Position numbers and translations under genes: made by a program. The notes beneath the pieces are model-generated. The model was given only the letters and a program-made list of their open reading frames with translations, was not told the origin of the DNA and ran no database searches. A stretch of 64,000 bases of DNA, from assembly GCA_964598335.1 (NCBI GenBank), contig CAZRBL010000001.1:105291-169290 (forward strand), in the 5' to 3' direction. Shown here piece after piece: positions 1-10,044 of the stretch. Origin of the DNA: an uncultured Rhodospirillales bacterium. GTDB lineage: Bacteria > Pseudomonadota > Alphaproteobacteria > CAZRBL01. How positions within the stretch are numbered: position 1 is the first letter of the stretch; each line of letters starts with the position of its first letter.

Positions 1-357
1 CTGCCGGGCTGCACCGCGGGCTTGTCATAGAACATCGTCAGCAACACCGCACCGCGCACCGCGGATGCCTTTTCCCGAAGATGGCCGGCGGGCAGGAAAG
101 CGTAGCTGTGCTTGGGATAGCGTTGCCCATTGATCTCGATTTCGCCGTCAAGGACCAGGAATTCCTCATGTGCCGTCATGTGTTCGGGCTCACTGCGGCT
201 CCATCCGGCGGGGTAACGCACGATGCAGGTGCTGTCGGTACCGGCTTCGTCGATCGACAGGATCTTGCTCTCGACGTCCTCACGGCCGGGGGCGTAAAGG
301 CCTTTGGTCCAGGGCAAATCCTGCGCCTGAATGAACATGATATGCGGCCGTGCCATG
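1..357 (-). CDS. Cupin-domain protein, 3' part of gene only (runs off the window start)
   Basis: The reverse strand reads MARPHIMFIQAQDLPWTKGLYAPGREDVESKILSIDEAGTDSTCIVRYPAGWSRSEPEHMTAHEEFLVLDGEIEINGQRYPKHSYAFLPAGH... from an ATG at 357 with no stop before position 1. This has the general look of a cupin / ChrR-like fold. The +-strand ORF 81..401 is its antisense shadow. Confidence 0.4.
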
Positions 358-404
358 AGGGGGCAAAGGCCCAGGCGCGCCAGCGCCCTAAAACGAACTA
401 ATAC

Positions 405-2657
405 TTAAAACCGGAAAGTCGCCTGACCGCCGAAGGTGCGGCCTTCGCCCGGATAGCCCAGCGCGTTACCGCGGCCCAGCGGATCAAAGGGCGCGTCCTG
501 GCTGGTCGAGGTGAAGCGGACGACATTCTGGAGGTATTCTTCGTCGAAAATGTTCTTGCCGTAGAAGGCGAGCTCCCAGCGGTCATCGGCCGAGGTGAAG
601 CTGAGGCGTCCGTCGACCGTCGCAAAGCCGTCCTGGCTGACAATGTCCTCATTGATCTGCGAGAAAAACACCCGCGACTGATAGGACACCTGGCCGAACA
701 GCGCCCAGGTCCCGTAATCGGTCGGAACCTCGTAGGTGCTGCGGATGTTGAACTTGCCCTTCGGCGCATTGGTCAGGCGATTGCCGGTATTGTCGAACGG
801 GATCGGCTCACCCGGCGCGGCGCCGTTACATTGCGCCAGCTGCTCCGGTGTCGCACCAGCCGGGCAGGTCCCGAAGGGAGAGATGAACTCGTCATAGGTG
901 GCGTCGAGGAAGGACCCGGTCACGCCGACCGACCATTGCGGCGTCAGCAGCGCCTGCATTTCAACTTCAAAGCCCCAATTCGTCGCCGAGGCCGCATTGT
1001 CGATAAAGGTCAGGCTGTCCCGCGTCGTTGACACCTGCAGGTCGGAATAGTCGTAATAGAAGAAGGTGCCGTTGAGCTGCAGACGGCCATTCAGCCATTC
1101 GCTGCGGGCGCCGCCCTCATAGCTCCAGACGATTTCCTCGTTAAAGGCATCGCCCGCCGCAAAGGCATCGAAGCCGCCGGATTTGAAGCCCTTGGTCACG
1201 GAGGCGTAAAGCTGCACATCGTCGGTCGGGCGGTATTGCAGCACGAAGCGCGGCGAGAGATCGTTCCAGTTCTCGCTGGTATCGCGGGTCGAGAAAATCG
1301 TCACCGGCGAGGCGCTGTCGAGGCCGCTGAGGAAATCGCCCGGCGCGAAAATGCCGCCGACCGTGGTGAAGTCTTCCTTGCGTTCATAGGAATAGCGCAG
1401 GCCGACGATCAGCGATACCGCATCGACCGGCGTCCAGGTGACCTGCCCGAAGGCGGCCAATGCATCGGTCGTGCCGTCATTGGGGATGATGAAACTCTGA
1501 TCCCGCGATGCGCGGATCAGACCCAGCCCGCCTTCCTTCTCCTCATGCAGATAATAAAGACCGGCGATCCAGTCGAACTGATCATGCGATCCGATCAGCT
1601 GGAATTCCTGCGAGATCTGATCGGTGCTGTATTCGAAATTCGATCGGGTTACGTCGATTTCGGTACCGTCGGTGTTGAACAGGAAATCGCTGTCATAGCT
1701 GCGGAAGCCGGTGATCGATTTCAGCTCAATGCTGTCGGTTACGTTCCAGGTGCCGGTGCCGGTAATGCCCCAGAACTCCCAATCGAAAAAGGTGTCCAGA
1801 TCATTGCGGGTGGTGCCGAACGGTCCCAATGGCTGGGCGCCGAGGAATTGTGCGGTGCCGAGATCATCAAGCGGGCGGATGGTGCGGTTACCGCTGGTGA
1901 ACTCGCTCCATTCGGCGATCACCTCATAGCCGAAATCCCCGTCCATCGGACCGAACTGGGCGATCGCCCGCATCGCCAGCAGATTTTCGTCATCGATCTC
2001 GTTCTGGCCGCGCGGGTCGAGATCTTCGGTATAGCCGTCATTAAGCGATGCCTTGCCGGCGAAGCGCACACGCACGCCATCGGCGATCGCACCGCCGGCG
2101 GCCGCCTCAACCTGACGGCTGCTGAAATTGCCGACCGCGCCGCGGGCATAACCTTCCCATTCCTCGCTTGGCTTGCGCGAGATGATATTGATCGCCCCGG
2201 CGGTGGCGTTCCGGCCATACAGCGTGCCCTGCGGGCCGCGCAGGATTTCGACCCGCTCGACATCGAGGAATTGCGTCAGCCCCATATTGGCGCGCGCCAG
2301 ATAGACGCCGTCCGAATGCAGCGCGACCGAGGGGTCGACCGTCACGCCGAAGGCATTGGTGCCGACACCGCGGATATAGACCTGTGCTTCGCCGCCGGCG
2401 CGGGAAAAGGCCAGGCTGGGCGTCTGGACGGCCAGATCATTGATCTCATTGATCTGCAGATCATCAAGGAACTCGCCGGTAAAGGCGGCGATCGAAATCG
2501 GCACATCCTGAAGCGATTGCGCCCGCCGTTCGGCGGTCACGACAATTTCCTCAAGGGCGAAGGGCGCGGTGTCCTGCGCCTCGGCGGGGATCAGCGCGGT
2601 GGCCGTAAGGCTGCTGCTGACCAGAAGCGTGGCGGCAAAACGATTCAAATAAGGCAC
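405..2657 (-). CDS. TonB-dependent outer-membrane receptor
   Basis: 750 aa. Signal peptide, then a plug domain (EEIVVTAERR...VPISI, ILRGPQGTLYGRNATAGAINI), a long beta-barrel, and a C-terminal aromatic residue (...ATFRF). The start codon is GTG at 2657. Confidence 0.9.
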   Translation of the reverse strand: MPYLNRFAATLLVSSSLTATALIPAEAQDTAPFALEEIVVTAERRAQSLQDVPISIAAFTGEFLDDLQINEINDLAVQTPSLAFSRAGGEAQVYIRGVGTNAFGVTVDPSVALHSDGVYLARANMGLTQFLDVERVEILRGPQGTLYGRNATAGAINIISRKPSEEWEGYARGAVGNFSSRQVEAAAGGAIADGVRVRFAGKASLNDGYTEDLDPRGQNEIDDENLLAMRAIAQFGPMDGDFGYEVIAEWSEFTSGNRTIRPLDDLGTAQFLGAQPLGPFGTTRNDLDTFFDWEFWGITGTGTWNVTDSIELKSITGFRSYDSDFLFNTDGTEIDVTRSNFEYSTDQISQEFQLIGSHDQFDWIAGLYYLHEEKEGGLGLIRASRDQSFIIPNDGTTDALAAFGQVTWTPVDAVSLIVGLRYSYERKEDFTTVGGIFAPGDFLSGLDSASPVTIFSTRDTSENWNDLSPRFVLQYRPTDDVQLYASVTKGFKSGGFDAFAAGDAFNEEIVWSYEGGARSEWLNGRLQLNGTFFYYDYSDLQVSTTRDSLTFIDNAASATNWGFEVEMQALLTPQWSVGVTGSFLDATYDEFISPFGTCPAGATPEQLAQCNGAAPGEPIPFDNTGNRLTNAPKGKFNIRSTYEVPTDYGTWALFGQVSYQSRVFFSQINEDIVSQDGFATVDGRLSFTSADDRWELAFYGKNIFDEEYLQNVVRFTSTSQDAPFDPLGRGNALGYPGEGRTFGGQATFRF

Positions 2658-2909
2658 GGCTATGGCTCCGATTTATGTCTCAGGCGAAGTTCCCTCGCCA
2701 AGGGCTTTACATAAAGCAGTTTTTTGCAGTGCAAGAGCCGCATCAAAATGTCAATCGTAAATTGTTGAAATTTCGGCGCACCCTGCAACTGCAGACCAGT
2801 TTCGGCGTTGTCTGGGGAACCTCTTTCTGGATTCTGTTGAAGTTCAGGGAATCTCGTTCTACATTAGTTTTGATTTGCAAAAATGCGCTTCAGGGAAGGA
2901 GCCAAGGCT

Positions 2910-3191
2910 ATGTCCAACCCGTTTACCGAACATCCGAACTCGGTCGGGGAGAGTTATTGGGAACATTTTGCTGTCGCTGCCGGCTTCGGCTTGACGATGC
3001 TGCGCGGCGGCCTCGCCTGTCTGGTGCACGCAGTCTTCCCGTTCTGGTGTACGAAGACGGGCAGCAACACTGTTTTTGAGTTGCACGAGCGGATGACACG
3101 CGGCCAGCGCGGCGTTAACCGCGAAGAGGAATTGGCGAGCCGTGCCGCCAAAGCCGATGAGCTGGTCTCGGCGCAGAAGCAGCAGGCCTAG
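2910..3191 (+). CDS. Small conserved hypothetical protein (~94 aa) with one hydrophobic segment
   Basis: ATG at 2910 preceded by AGGAG. Reads MSNPFTEHPNSVGESYWEHFAVAAGFGLTMLRGGLACLVHAVFPFW... It is divergent from the TBDR across an AT-rich regulatory region. Function unknown. Confidence 0.5.
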   Translation: MSNPFTEHPNSVGESYWEHFAVAAGFGLTMLRGGLACLVHAVFPFWCTKTGSNTVFELHERMTRGQRGVNREEELASRAAKADELVSAQKQQA

Positions 3192-3303
3192 GCCCGGCAG
3201 ACCTCAACACAGCAAAGCCGCGCAGCAAGGCTGCCTCGAACCCCCGCAGAGCCTCCTCAAGCCGGACAGTAACCCCGCAAATCCGGAGAGGGCGCCTTTG
3301 GTT

Positions 3304-4578
3304 TTATGGATTTGTCAGGTCGCGCGGATCCGCTCCGAGGCTCAATAACTGCTTCAGATCGATGTTTGGGTCCGCGATCAGTTCCGGTGTGTCGATCTCC
3401 ATCGGCAGCATGCTGCGGGCAAGCATGAAAGCTTTCGGGAAGTTGAGGCACTCGGCTGCGACGATTGTCTTGCCGAGCAAGTGGAAGAACGCTGTGCCCC
3501 CCTTTTCCGGGTCATCGCGGCGAAACACACGGTCGGCTCCGCCGCCCGGCCATTTGATGATACCGGCGATTTGCAGCCGCATGTCATACTGGTCGCTCCA
3601 GAACCACGGCAGCGGCGTTTTTGCCGCGGGCTGTCGGCAAATCGCTGCGGCGACGGCGCGGGCGCGGTCCTGAGCATTGGAAATGGATTCCACACGCAGC
3701 CGAGCACCGTAATGGGCATCGGGATAGCTGGCGCAGTCACCGGCGGCAAAGATATGCGGATCGCTGGTGCGGCCGTCGGCATCGGTCATGATGCCGTTGT
3801 CGATCTCCAGCCCTGCCTGCTCGGCCAATATGGTATTCGGTGCCCCGCCGATGCCGACAAGGACAATATCGGCGGGAATTGAGCCGTGCTGCGCGGTGTC
3901 CACGGCGTCGACCCTGCCATCCGCGACCGTGTTCAAACCGATGACATCGGTCGCGCATAACAGGCGCACCCCCTGTTCCCGGTGCCGATCGCCGATCATG
4001 GCGGCGATGTCCTGCCCCGCCACCCGTGCCAGCAGCCTTTGCTCGCGCTCGATCACGGTGATCTCAAGGCCCAGCATGCGGGCCGAGGCGGCGACCTCGA
4101 GACCGATATAACCGCCGCCGATGACGACCAGCCTGCGGCCGGGCGTGAGCCCTTCGGCCAGCGCATCGGCATCTGCCTTGTCGCGCAGCGTGTAAACATT
4201 CGGCGCGTCGGCGCCGGGCAAGGGCAGGCGTCGATTGATCAACCCGGTCGCCAGGACAAGCGCCGTATATCGATGTGTTTCGCCGTGATCGTCGGTGACG
4301 CTGCGCTGATCTCGGTCGATGGCCACGGCACGACGACCGAGTTGCAGCGTCACGGTCTTGGCGTCGTAAAAGGCCTGATTGCGTAGCGGCAGCCGTTCCG
4401 GCCTTAGCTCGCCCTTGAGATAGGCTTTGGACAAGGGCGGGCGGCTATAGGGCAGCAGAGCCTCATCGCCGATCAGGGTAATCGGTGTGTCGGGGTCGTG
4501 TTTGCGTATAGCGACGATCAGATCGGCAGCGGCCTGGCCGCCACCGATGACGACAATGTGTTGGTTTTGCTCTGGCAA
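3304..4578 (-). CDS. FAD-dependent pyridine-nucleotide-disulfide oxidoreductase, ferredoxin (putidaredoxin/rubredoxin) reductase family
   Basis: 424 aa. FAD GxGxxA motif near the N-terminus (VVIGGGQAAADL). Second NAD(P)H Rossmann motif (LVVIGGGYIGLEVAA). A ferredoxin-reductase-type C-terminal dimerisation domain. Confidence 0.85.
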   Translation of the reverse strand: MPEQNQHIVVIGGGQAAADLIVAIRKHDPDTPITLIGDEALLPYSRPPLSKAYLKGELRPERLPLRNQAFYDAKTVTLQLGRRAVAIDRDQRSVTDDHGETHRYTALVLATGLINRRLPLPGADAPNVYTLRDKADADALAEGLTPGRRLVVIGGGYIGLEVAASARMLGLEITVIEREQRLLARVAGQDIAAMIGDRHREQGVRLLCATDVIGLNTVADGRVDAVDTAQHGSIPADIVLVGIGGAPNTILAEQAGLEIDNGIMTDADGRTSDPHIFAAGDCASYPDAHYGARLRVESISNAQDRARAVAAAICRQPAAKTPLPWFWSDQYDMRLQIAGIIKWPGGGADRVFRRDDPEKGGTAFFHLLGKTIVAAECLNFPKAFMLARSMLPMEIDTPELIADPNIDLKQLLSLGADPRDLTNP

Positions 4579-4858
4579 TCGACAAAGGGGTGGGGGCGGC
4601 AGCCCGCCGATATCTCAAAGAATTTTCTTCCGTTCAGCGCCTTAGCCGAAAAACGCGGAAAGCCGCAAGTCCGGGAAGTAGAATCAGTAGGCTGCCGGTT
4701 GAGCGCATGACCATGCCGACGACATAGCCGTCATGGTTCAGCGCCCGGCCGTCCGACTGTATTCTGACCTCCCTTCACGTCGTGCCACCAAGGTAAATGC
4801 TGGAACACAGCAATCGACGAGGTCCTGAAGATGCCGACAAGCACTGTTTTCCAACCGG

Positions 4859-5740
4859 TCATGAATACTGTTTCGCGACTTCTTTCAGCCCTTCCGTCAG
4901 AGGGATCCGCGGTCGCCAACCGCTCGCATCGGGCAGGCCGGCGCGGCAGACCCAGTCGGGGTGAAACAGTTCACGAACCTTGCCCGGGGTCAGGCCGAGC
5001 CGGTTGGGCACCAGGGCAAGCGCGGCAAGAACGCTCCTGGGTATTGTCAACGGCCGTGTCTGTCGTCCGATAGCGGCGGACAGGGTTTGGTGGAATTCGG
5101 CCCAGGCATAGCCTCCATCCTTGCCATCATCCGGCTCTATCAACTCGCCTGCCGGACCGGCGCCGGTCGTCCAATCGGCGATCAACCGGGCCAGATCGTC
5201 GACATGTATAAGCGATAGGCGGTTTCGGCCGCGATCTGCCGGTTGTAGCGCCCAGCCGGCTCTGGCCGCCCTGAAAAACGGTGCCAGCGCCCTGTCTTCC
5301 GGGCCATAGACGGCGGGCGGCCGAATGATCGCCGTTTCCGGATATTCCGCGCGCAGAGCCTCCTCACCGGCGCGCTTGCTGGCGGCATAATCGGAGACTT
5401 CCGGGTGGCGCGCAGCGAGGCTCGAAATGAGGATGACGCGCGAGGCTTTGCTGCCGCCTTGCAGCGCTTTTGCGAGGGCCGCCGACGACCCCTCATTAAC
5501 GCGGAAATAGCTTTCACGGTTCGGTGCGCCGATAGCGCCGGCGGCGTGAATGATGCAATCCGCTTTGTCGATCAGCCTGCTCCAACAGGCCGGATCGGCA
5601 AGATCCCCGGAAAGGGTTTCCGCCTCGACCGAGGGCGATCGCCGATTGACATGAAGCCGCAGGGTGCAGCCCCGGCGTAACAATTCACGACAAAAGGCGG
5701 TGCCGACAAAACCGGTGCCGCCGCTGACTGCTACCAGCAT
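4859..5740 (-). CDS. NAD-dependent epimerase/dehydratase family (extended SDR) protein
   Basis: N-terminal VAVSGGTGFVG Rossmann motif, active-site YxxxK (YAASKRAGE), 293 aa. Confidence 0.8.
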   Translation of the reverse strand: MLVAVSGGTGFVGTAFCRELLRRGCTLRLHVNRRSPSVEAETLSGDLADPACWSRLIDKADCIIHAAGAIGAPNRESYFRVNEGSSAALAKALQGGSKASRVILISSLAARHPEVSDYAASKRAGEEALRAEYPETAIIRPPAVYGPEDRALAPFFRAARAGWALQPADRGRNRLSLIHVDDLARLIADWTTGAGPAGELIEPDDGKDGGYAWAEFHQTLSAAIGRQTRPLTIPRSVLAALALVPNRLGLTPGKVRELFHPDWVCRAGLPDASGWRPRIPLTEGLKEVAKQYS

Positions 5741-5847
5741 TTCGCGCTTTGGCCGCTCCGCCCCTTACCCATGCCCCAGCCGCCTCCGACGGGATCGTCA
5801 CCGGATAGGCGTGGCGGGGATGAGGCGCGGGTCGGCGACCTCACTCC

Positions 5848-7653
5848 TTAAGCCGCGTCGGCGATGGTATAGAGACCGGCGAGATAATTCTGCCGCGCCT
5901 TCGACCGGCTGAGTTTGCCCGATGTGGTGAAGGGCAGGCTGCCGGGCGGGATCAGGACGACGCTGCAATCGATCCCTGCACGGCGCCGCGCGGCCGCCTG
6001 AACTTCGCTCCGGACCCGGCGACGGGCCTGATCTTCGGAAATGCGGCATTGGATCAGCAGCACCGCCTGCTCGCCGCCATCGGCATCCGAAATGGCGAAC
6101 GCGGCACTGTCGCGCGGCTTGACCTCATCGACTTCTTCCGCGGCCGCCTCGAGGTCCTGCGGCCAGATATTGCGGCCGTTGACGATCAGCAGATCCTTGC
6201 TGCGGCCGGTGATGACCAGCTCGCCGTCAATCGCATAGCCGCGATCGCCGGTGTTCAGCCAGCCATCCTCGGTCAGCACCTGAGCCGTTGCTTCATCATC
6301 ATTGAAATAGCCGGTGAACAGGCTCGGCGCTTTCAGGAAGACGGTGCCGATCTGACGGTCGTTCAGGACCTTGCCGTCTTCATCACGGATTTCGACCGCA
6401 TAGCCTGGCATCGGCTTGCCGCAGCGGACAAAGGATTTTGCCGCTATCTCGTCATGGCTGTCAGACGGGACGGCATCGAAGCCGCCGCTCAGCTTTTCGC
6501 GGTCAACGCGATCGGTTTCGACCCCCGTATTAAGCGGCGCAAAGCTGACCGCGAGCGTTGCCTCGGCGAGGCCGTAGCTCGGCACCAAAGCCTCCGGGCG
6601 GAAGCCATGCGGCGCGAAAGTCTCGCAGAAATTCTGCATTTTGCGGGGCTGCACCATCTCGCCGCCGATACCGGCAACACGCCAGCAGGACAGATCAAGC
6701 ATTTCGCTCTGGCGTCCGGCGCGGCGCACGCAGATTTCGTATCCGAAGCTGGGGCTGAAGGAGATCGTACCGCGATTGCGGGCAATCAGCTTGAGCCATT
6801 CCAGCGGGCGGCGGGCGAAAGAATCCGGCGCCAGATAATCGATAGAGCGCTGGCACATCATCGGCACCAGGACAAAGCCGATAAGGCCCATATCGTGATA
6901 ATAGGGCAGCCAGGAGACGCAGCGGTCAGTCTCGGAGATCTCAAGCCCGTCGCGCGCAATCGAAACCGCATTGGCCATCAGCGCCTTCTGCGTGATCACC
7001 ACCCCGGCGGGGGTCCGCGTGCTGCCTGAGGAGTATTGAATATGCGAATCCTCCTCAGCGCCGAGTGTCCGCAGCGCACCATCGCAAAGCGGCTTCGTCT
7101 CCAACGCTGAATGCGGCCCGCAATGCAACAGATCGAGGTCGCGACCGGCCGCCGCCAGATCGTCGGCGAATTCGTCCGGCCCGAGTGCGACGCGTGAGCC
7201 CGAGGTAATCAGCAGCCGGCGCAAATGGCCGATATGATCGCCGCGTGAGCCGAGGCTGGACGGCACCGGAAGCGGAACCGCCAGCGTGCCGGCATATTGG
7301 CAGGCGAAGAAATCGATAAGAAATTCCGGCCCCGTTGCCGCCAGCATCGCGACGCGATCGCCGCGCTCAAGGCCCAGCGCGATCAGCCTCTTCGCGGTCT
7401 CAACCGCTGCCTCGCGGAGGTCGTGATAGCTCAACACGGCCGACAGGCGGCCGCGGGAATCGTAGAATTGAACGCCGGTATCCCCTTGCGCGGCATAGTC
7501 CAGCGCCTCGGCGACCGTGTCAAAATCCGCGCGGCGAAACCTCAGATGCGGATTGTCGGACGGCAGGGGGATGCTGCTGATGGAAGCCATGGATCCGGAA
7601 GGGGCGGCCCGCGGAAGGTCAGCAAGCTCGTGAACGGGCTGATCGAGAGACAT
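5848..7653 (-). CDS. Fatty acyl-AMP ligase (FAAL) / AMP-dependent synthetase-ligase
   Basis: 601 aa. AMP-binding motifs (YSSGSTRTPAGVVITQ, GEM, YGLAEATLAV, GWLNTGDRG). FAAL-type N-terminus. No fused ACP. Confidence 0.85.
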   Translation of the reverse strand: MSLDQPVHELADLPRAAPSGSMASISSIPLPSDNPHLRFRRADFDTVAEALDYAAQGDTGVQFYDSRGRLSAVLSYHDLREAAVETAKRLIALGLERGDRVAMLAATGPEFLIDFFACQYAGTLAVPLPVPSSLGSRGDHIGHLRRLLITSGSRVALGPDEFADDLAAAGRDLDLLHCGPHSALETKPLCDGALRTLGAEEDSHIQYSSGSTRTPAGVVITQKALMANAVSIARDGLEISETDRCVSWLPYYHDMGLIGFVLVPMMCQRSIDYLAPDSFARRPLEWLKLIARNRGTISFSPSFGYEICVRRAGRQSEMLDLSCWRVAGIGGEMVQPRKMQNFCETFAPHGFRPEALVPSYGLAEATLAVSFAPLNTGVETDRVDREKLSGGFDAVPSDSHDEIAAKSFVRCGKPMPGYAVEIRDEDGKVLNDRQIGTVFLKAPSLFTGYFNDDEATAQVLTEDGWLNTGDRGYAIDGELVITGRSKDLLIVNGRNIWPQDLEAAAEEVDEVKPRDSAAFAISDADGGEQAVLLIQCRISEDQARRRVRSEVQAAARRRAGIDCSVVLIPPGSLPFTTSGKLSRSKARQNYLAGLYTIADAA

Positions 7654-7934
7654 GCAAACTCCTGGTCGTTGTCATCCGCGTCATCCGCATAATCCGCGAT
7701 ATTTCCCTTGTCGCGCGGCCTGAGCCGATATGTCCAGTTACGGAGATTGGGCGTGAAACGGTGCCCGGCGAATCGCAAGTTATGTTTTAATGCCCGGGCC
7801 GCGCCCGCGCAAAGCGGAAAATGGCCGTAATCGGCCATGACGGCGGGGCATATAGGCTATTTTGTCGGTTTTAAAAGGCGTTACTTCGTTTGGGTCGTTC
7901 GGTCCGGCGCCGCGCCGGCCCATTCATCTCGCGA

Positions 7935-8636
7935 TCATTGTTTTTCGCTTTCGGCAAGCAAGGCCTGGGTGTCGAACAGCGGAACATAGCTGATGGCTGA
8001 GCCGCGGGTCTCGAAATCGAAACCGCACCAGGTCGGCGCGCTGCCGCAGTAATAGACGTTGAAATCGGTGCTGGGGCCATCGACCAGGACGTGGCGGGCG
8101 CCCAGCGGTGCGGCTTTGGCCGGATCGTCTTGGGTGCCCAGCTCCTTGATGTCCACCTCGATCAGATTGCCCTTGCGGGTGTTCAGCATGGCCGTCTGAG
8201 TCAGCGTCGCCGGGTTCCAATACGTCGTCGGCACGATGCCTTCAGGTGCGATATAATCGTCCTCGACGCCGATGATGCGCAGCCCGTCATCGGTCATCTC
8301 GCTGCGCACGGGGAAAGGGTAGCCGTCATCGTCGGTTTCGGCCTCAAAGGCGATCAGACGGCCGTTCTCCCAGACTTCCCTTGTCGTCTGTTTGAAGCGG
8401 AAGGCGGTGATGAACAGCACCCGCACCCGCATCCAGGTTTCGGTCTCGACGATCAGCCGATCACCCTCCTTGGTGAAGTCGACATTGGTATAGCCGATAT
8501 CCGAACCGTTACGCTGAATCTGAAAGCGCAGTGATTTGGTCGGTAACTCGGCATACCAGGGATCGGCAACGGGCATTTGCGCCGCTGCCGGCAGCGTCAC
8601 GGTAACGAGTACGATCGCGCAGAGAAAACGGAACAT
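7935..8636 (-). CDS. Secreted hypothetical protein (DUF, ~233 aa)
   Basis: An internal ATG at 8636 gives MFRFLCAIVLVTVTLPAAAQ, a signal peptide. The upstream 106 codons of the track ORF are Pro/Cys-rich and GC-skewed, consistent with translated non-coding sequence. Function unknown. Confidence 0.55.
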   Translation of the reverse strand: MFRFLCAIVLVTVTLPAAAQMPVADPWYAELPTKSLRFQIQRNGSDIGYTNVDFTKEGDRLIVETETWMRVRVLFITAFRFKQTTREVWENGRLIAFEAETDDDGYPFPVRSEMTDDGLRIIGVEDDYIAPEGIVPTTYWNPATLTQTAMLNTRKGNLIEVDIKELGTQDDPAKAAPLGARHVLVDGPSTDFNVYYCGSAPTWCGFDFETRGSAISYVPLFDTQALLAESEKQ

Positions 8637-8687
8637 CCCAAGAGCCTTGCGGTATAACGGCGCCAATCTGTGCCTAGAGCATTTTCC

Positions 8688-8746
8688 AATCATTCCGCTC
8701 CACCCCTGCACCCCTGCCCCGCCTTCCCAGACAGGATATTTGCAGG
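8688..8746. repeat. GC-rich palindromic intergenic repeat (REP-like), copy A
   Basis: Inverted repeat ccacccctgca...tgcaggggtgg around the core acaggatatttgcagggg. The same core (acaggatacttgcagggg) sits inside the element at 23521..23613. Confidence 0.6.
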
Positions 8747-8778
8747 GGTGGACCGGATCAAAAACAAAGGAAAACGCT

Positions 8779-9891
8779 CTAGTTTCGGGCGATTGTAAGA
8801 CGCCAGGGAAAGCCGGAACCCTTTTGCTGCACATAGCCGGTCCAAAGGGCATCATCGGCAAAGCCGGCTTCGGCCAGCAGATCGGCGGGGTTGAGCGATG
8901 CATAGCTTTCCCAGAACGGCTCATTGTTGAATTGCTGGTCCCAGCTCGATTCAAAGATCTCGAAAGCCGATTTGCCCTCGAAGCTCAGCGGCACATCCTG
9001 ATGCACGGCGATGCCGCCGGGGGCCAGCAGGCGGCGGGTTTCCCGCATCATCGCGGCCGTCGTCTTGCGGCTCATCTCATGCATCGCATTATGCGAGACG
9101 ATAAGGTCGAAGCTGCCATCCTCGAAACCGAGATCGGCGGCGTCGCGCTGATGGAAATGCACCGGAACGCCGAGCGCCTCGGCGCGGGCATGTGCGTAAC
9201 GCAGCATGCTGCCGCCGATATCGACGGCGTGTACCTCGGCGTTCGGAAAGGCATGTGCATAAGGCGTTGACGAGGCGCCTGCGGAACAGCCGATGTCCAG
9301 AATGCGCGTCGGGGTGAAGTCCGGATAGCGTTCGGCCAGGGTGCGGATCACCAGCTCTGCCTTGCTTTCACTAAGGCCGACGCTCTGACCGCGCGAATAG
9401 AGCGAGCCGCCGCTCTCATAAAGCGCGCCGGCCATGAGATCCTCATCGTCTCTGTCGAGCGTATAGCCGCCGGGCTGAAGATGGACGTCGATTTCCTGCA
9501 TCGCGCGCGGCGGGTCGAAATCCGGGTCGAGCTCGAGCGTGCCGCCGGCTTTACCGACAATGTGCTTTGCCTCGGTGCGCATGCGCGGCTCTTCGCGCGT
9601 CGCGGTGTCGAGGATCGACTGCCACATCGATTCCTGGGCGGTGCGGTTCAGCGCGCAGAAAAAGCGGTAACCCTCATCGGCCAGCATTGCGGTGCCGGCC
9701 TCTTTCGGGGTTTCGGGCCGCCGTCCATGCTCGGCGATAAAGGCGGGCTCGGCGCGCTTGTCGAAAATCGTTCGGTTCTGCGGCCGGATTTTCCGGCCCA
9801 GCCGTTTTTTCAGCGACAGAACAAACATCTGGCGTGCATTTTCATCATGCACCGGCTGCGGCAGCATGTCGTGCTGTTCGTTTCTGGCCAT
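8779..9891 (-). CDS. Class I SAM-dependent methyltransferase
   Basis: 370 aa. SAM-binding motif I ([12 protein letters not shown]). Acidic motif II (VHAVDIG). Motif III ([12 protein letters not shown]). Confidence 0.8.
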   Translation of the reverse strand: MARNEQHDMLPQPVHDENARQMFVLSLKKRLGRKIRPQNRTIFDKRAEPAFIAEHGRRPETPKEAGTAMLADEGYRFFCALNRTAQESMWQSILDTATREEPRMRTEAKHIVGKAGGTLELDPDFDPPRAMQEIDVHLQPGGYTLDRDDEDLMAGALYESGGSLYSRGQSVGLSESKAELVIRTLAERYPDFTPTRILDIGCSAGASSTPYAHAFPNAEVHAVDIGGSMLRYAHARAEALGVPVHFHQRDAADLGFEDGSFDLIVSHNAMHEMSRKTTAAMMRETRRLLAPGGIAVHQDVPLSFEGKSAFEIFESSWDQQFNNEPFWESYASLNPADLLAEAGFADDALWTGYVQQKGSGFPWRLTIARN

Positions 9892-10044
9892 CGGCCCGCT
9901 CCTTCAGATTCTGGTCACGAGCAAGAATATTGCGACGGGGCACGAGCGCCAACCCCCCAACACACAACAAGCTGTGCGCCCGGCAGATGGCCGCAGCTGC
10001 TCGGTGTTCTATATGGAAGGGTGCCGGAGAGGACTGAGAAAGCC

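Noticed and set aside
1236-2714. 492-aa +-strand ORF, and other long ORFs antisense to real genes (for example 6049..7029 +, 19892..21136 +, 21938..22822 -, 23619..25493 -, 12150..12677 +, 8536..9270 +, 15212..16111 -, 26926..27633 -)
   Set aside because: Each lies entirely within a well-supported gene on the opposite strand. They have Arg/Ala/Gly-rich low-complexity translations typical of shadow ORFs in high-GC DNA. They show no recognisable domains.
8637-8954. 106-codon N-terminal extension of the secreted DUF protein ORF
   Set aside because: The signal peptide MFRFLCAIVLVTVTLPAAAQ begins at the internal ATG (8636). The upstream portion overlaps the REP-like element and is Pro/Cys-rich.
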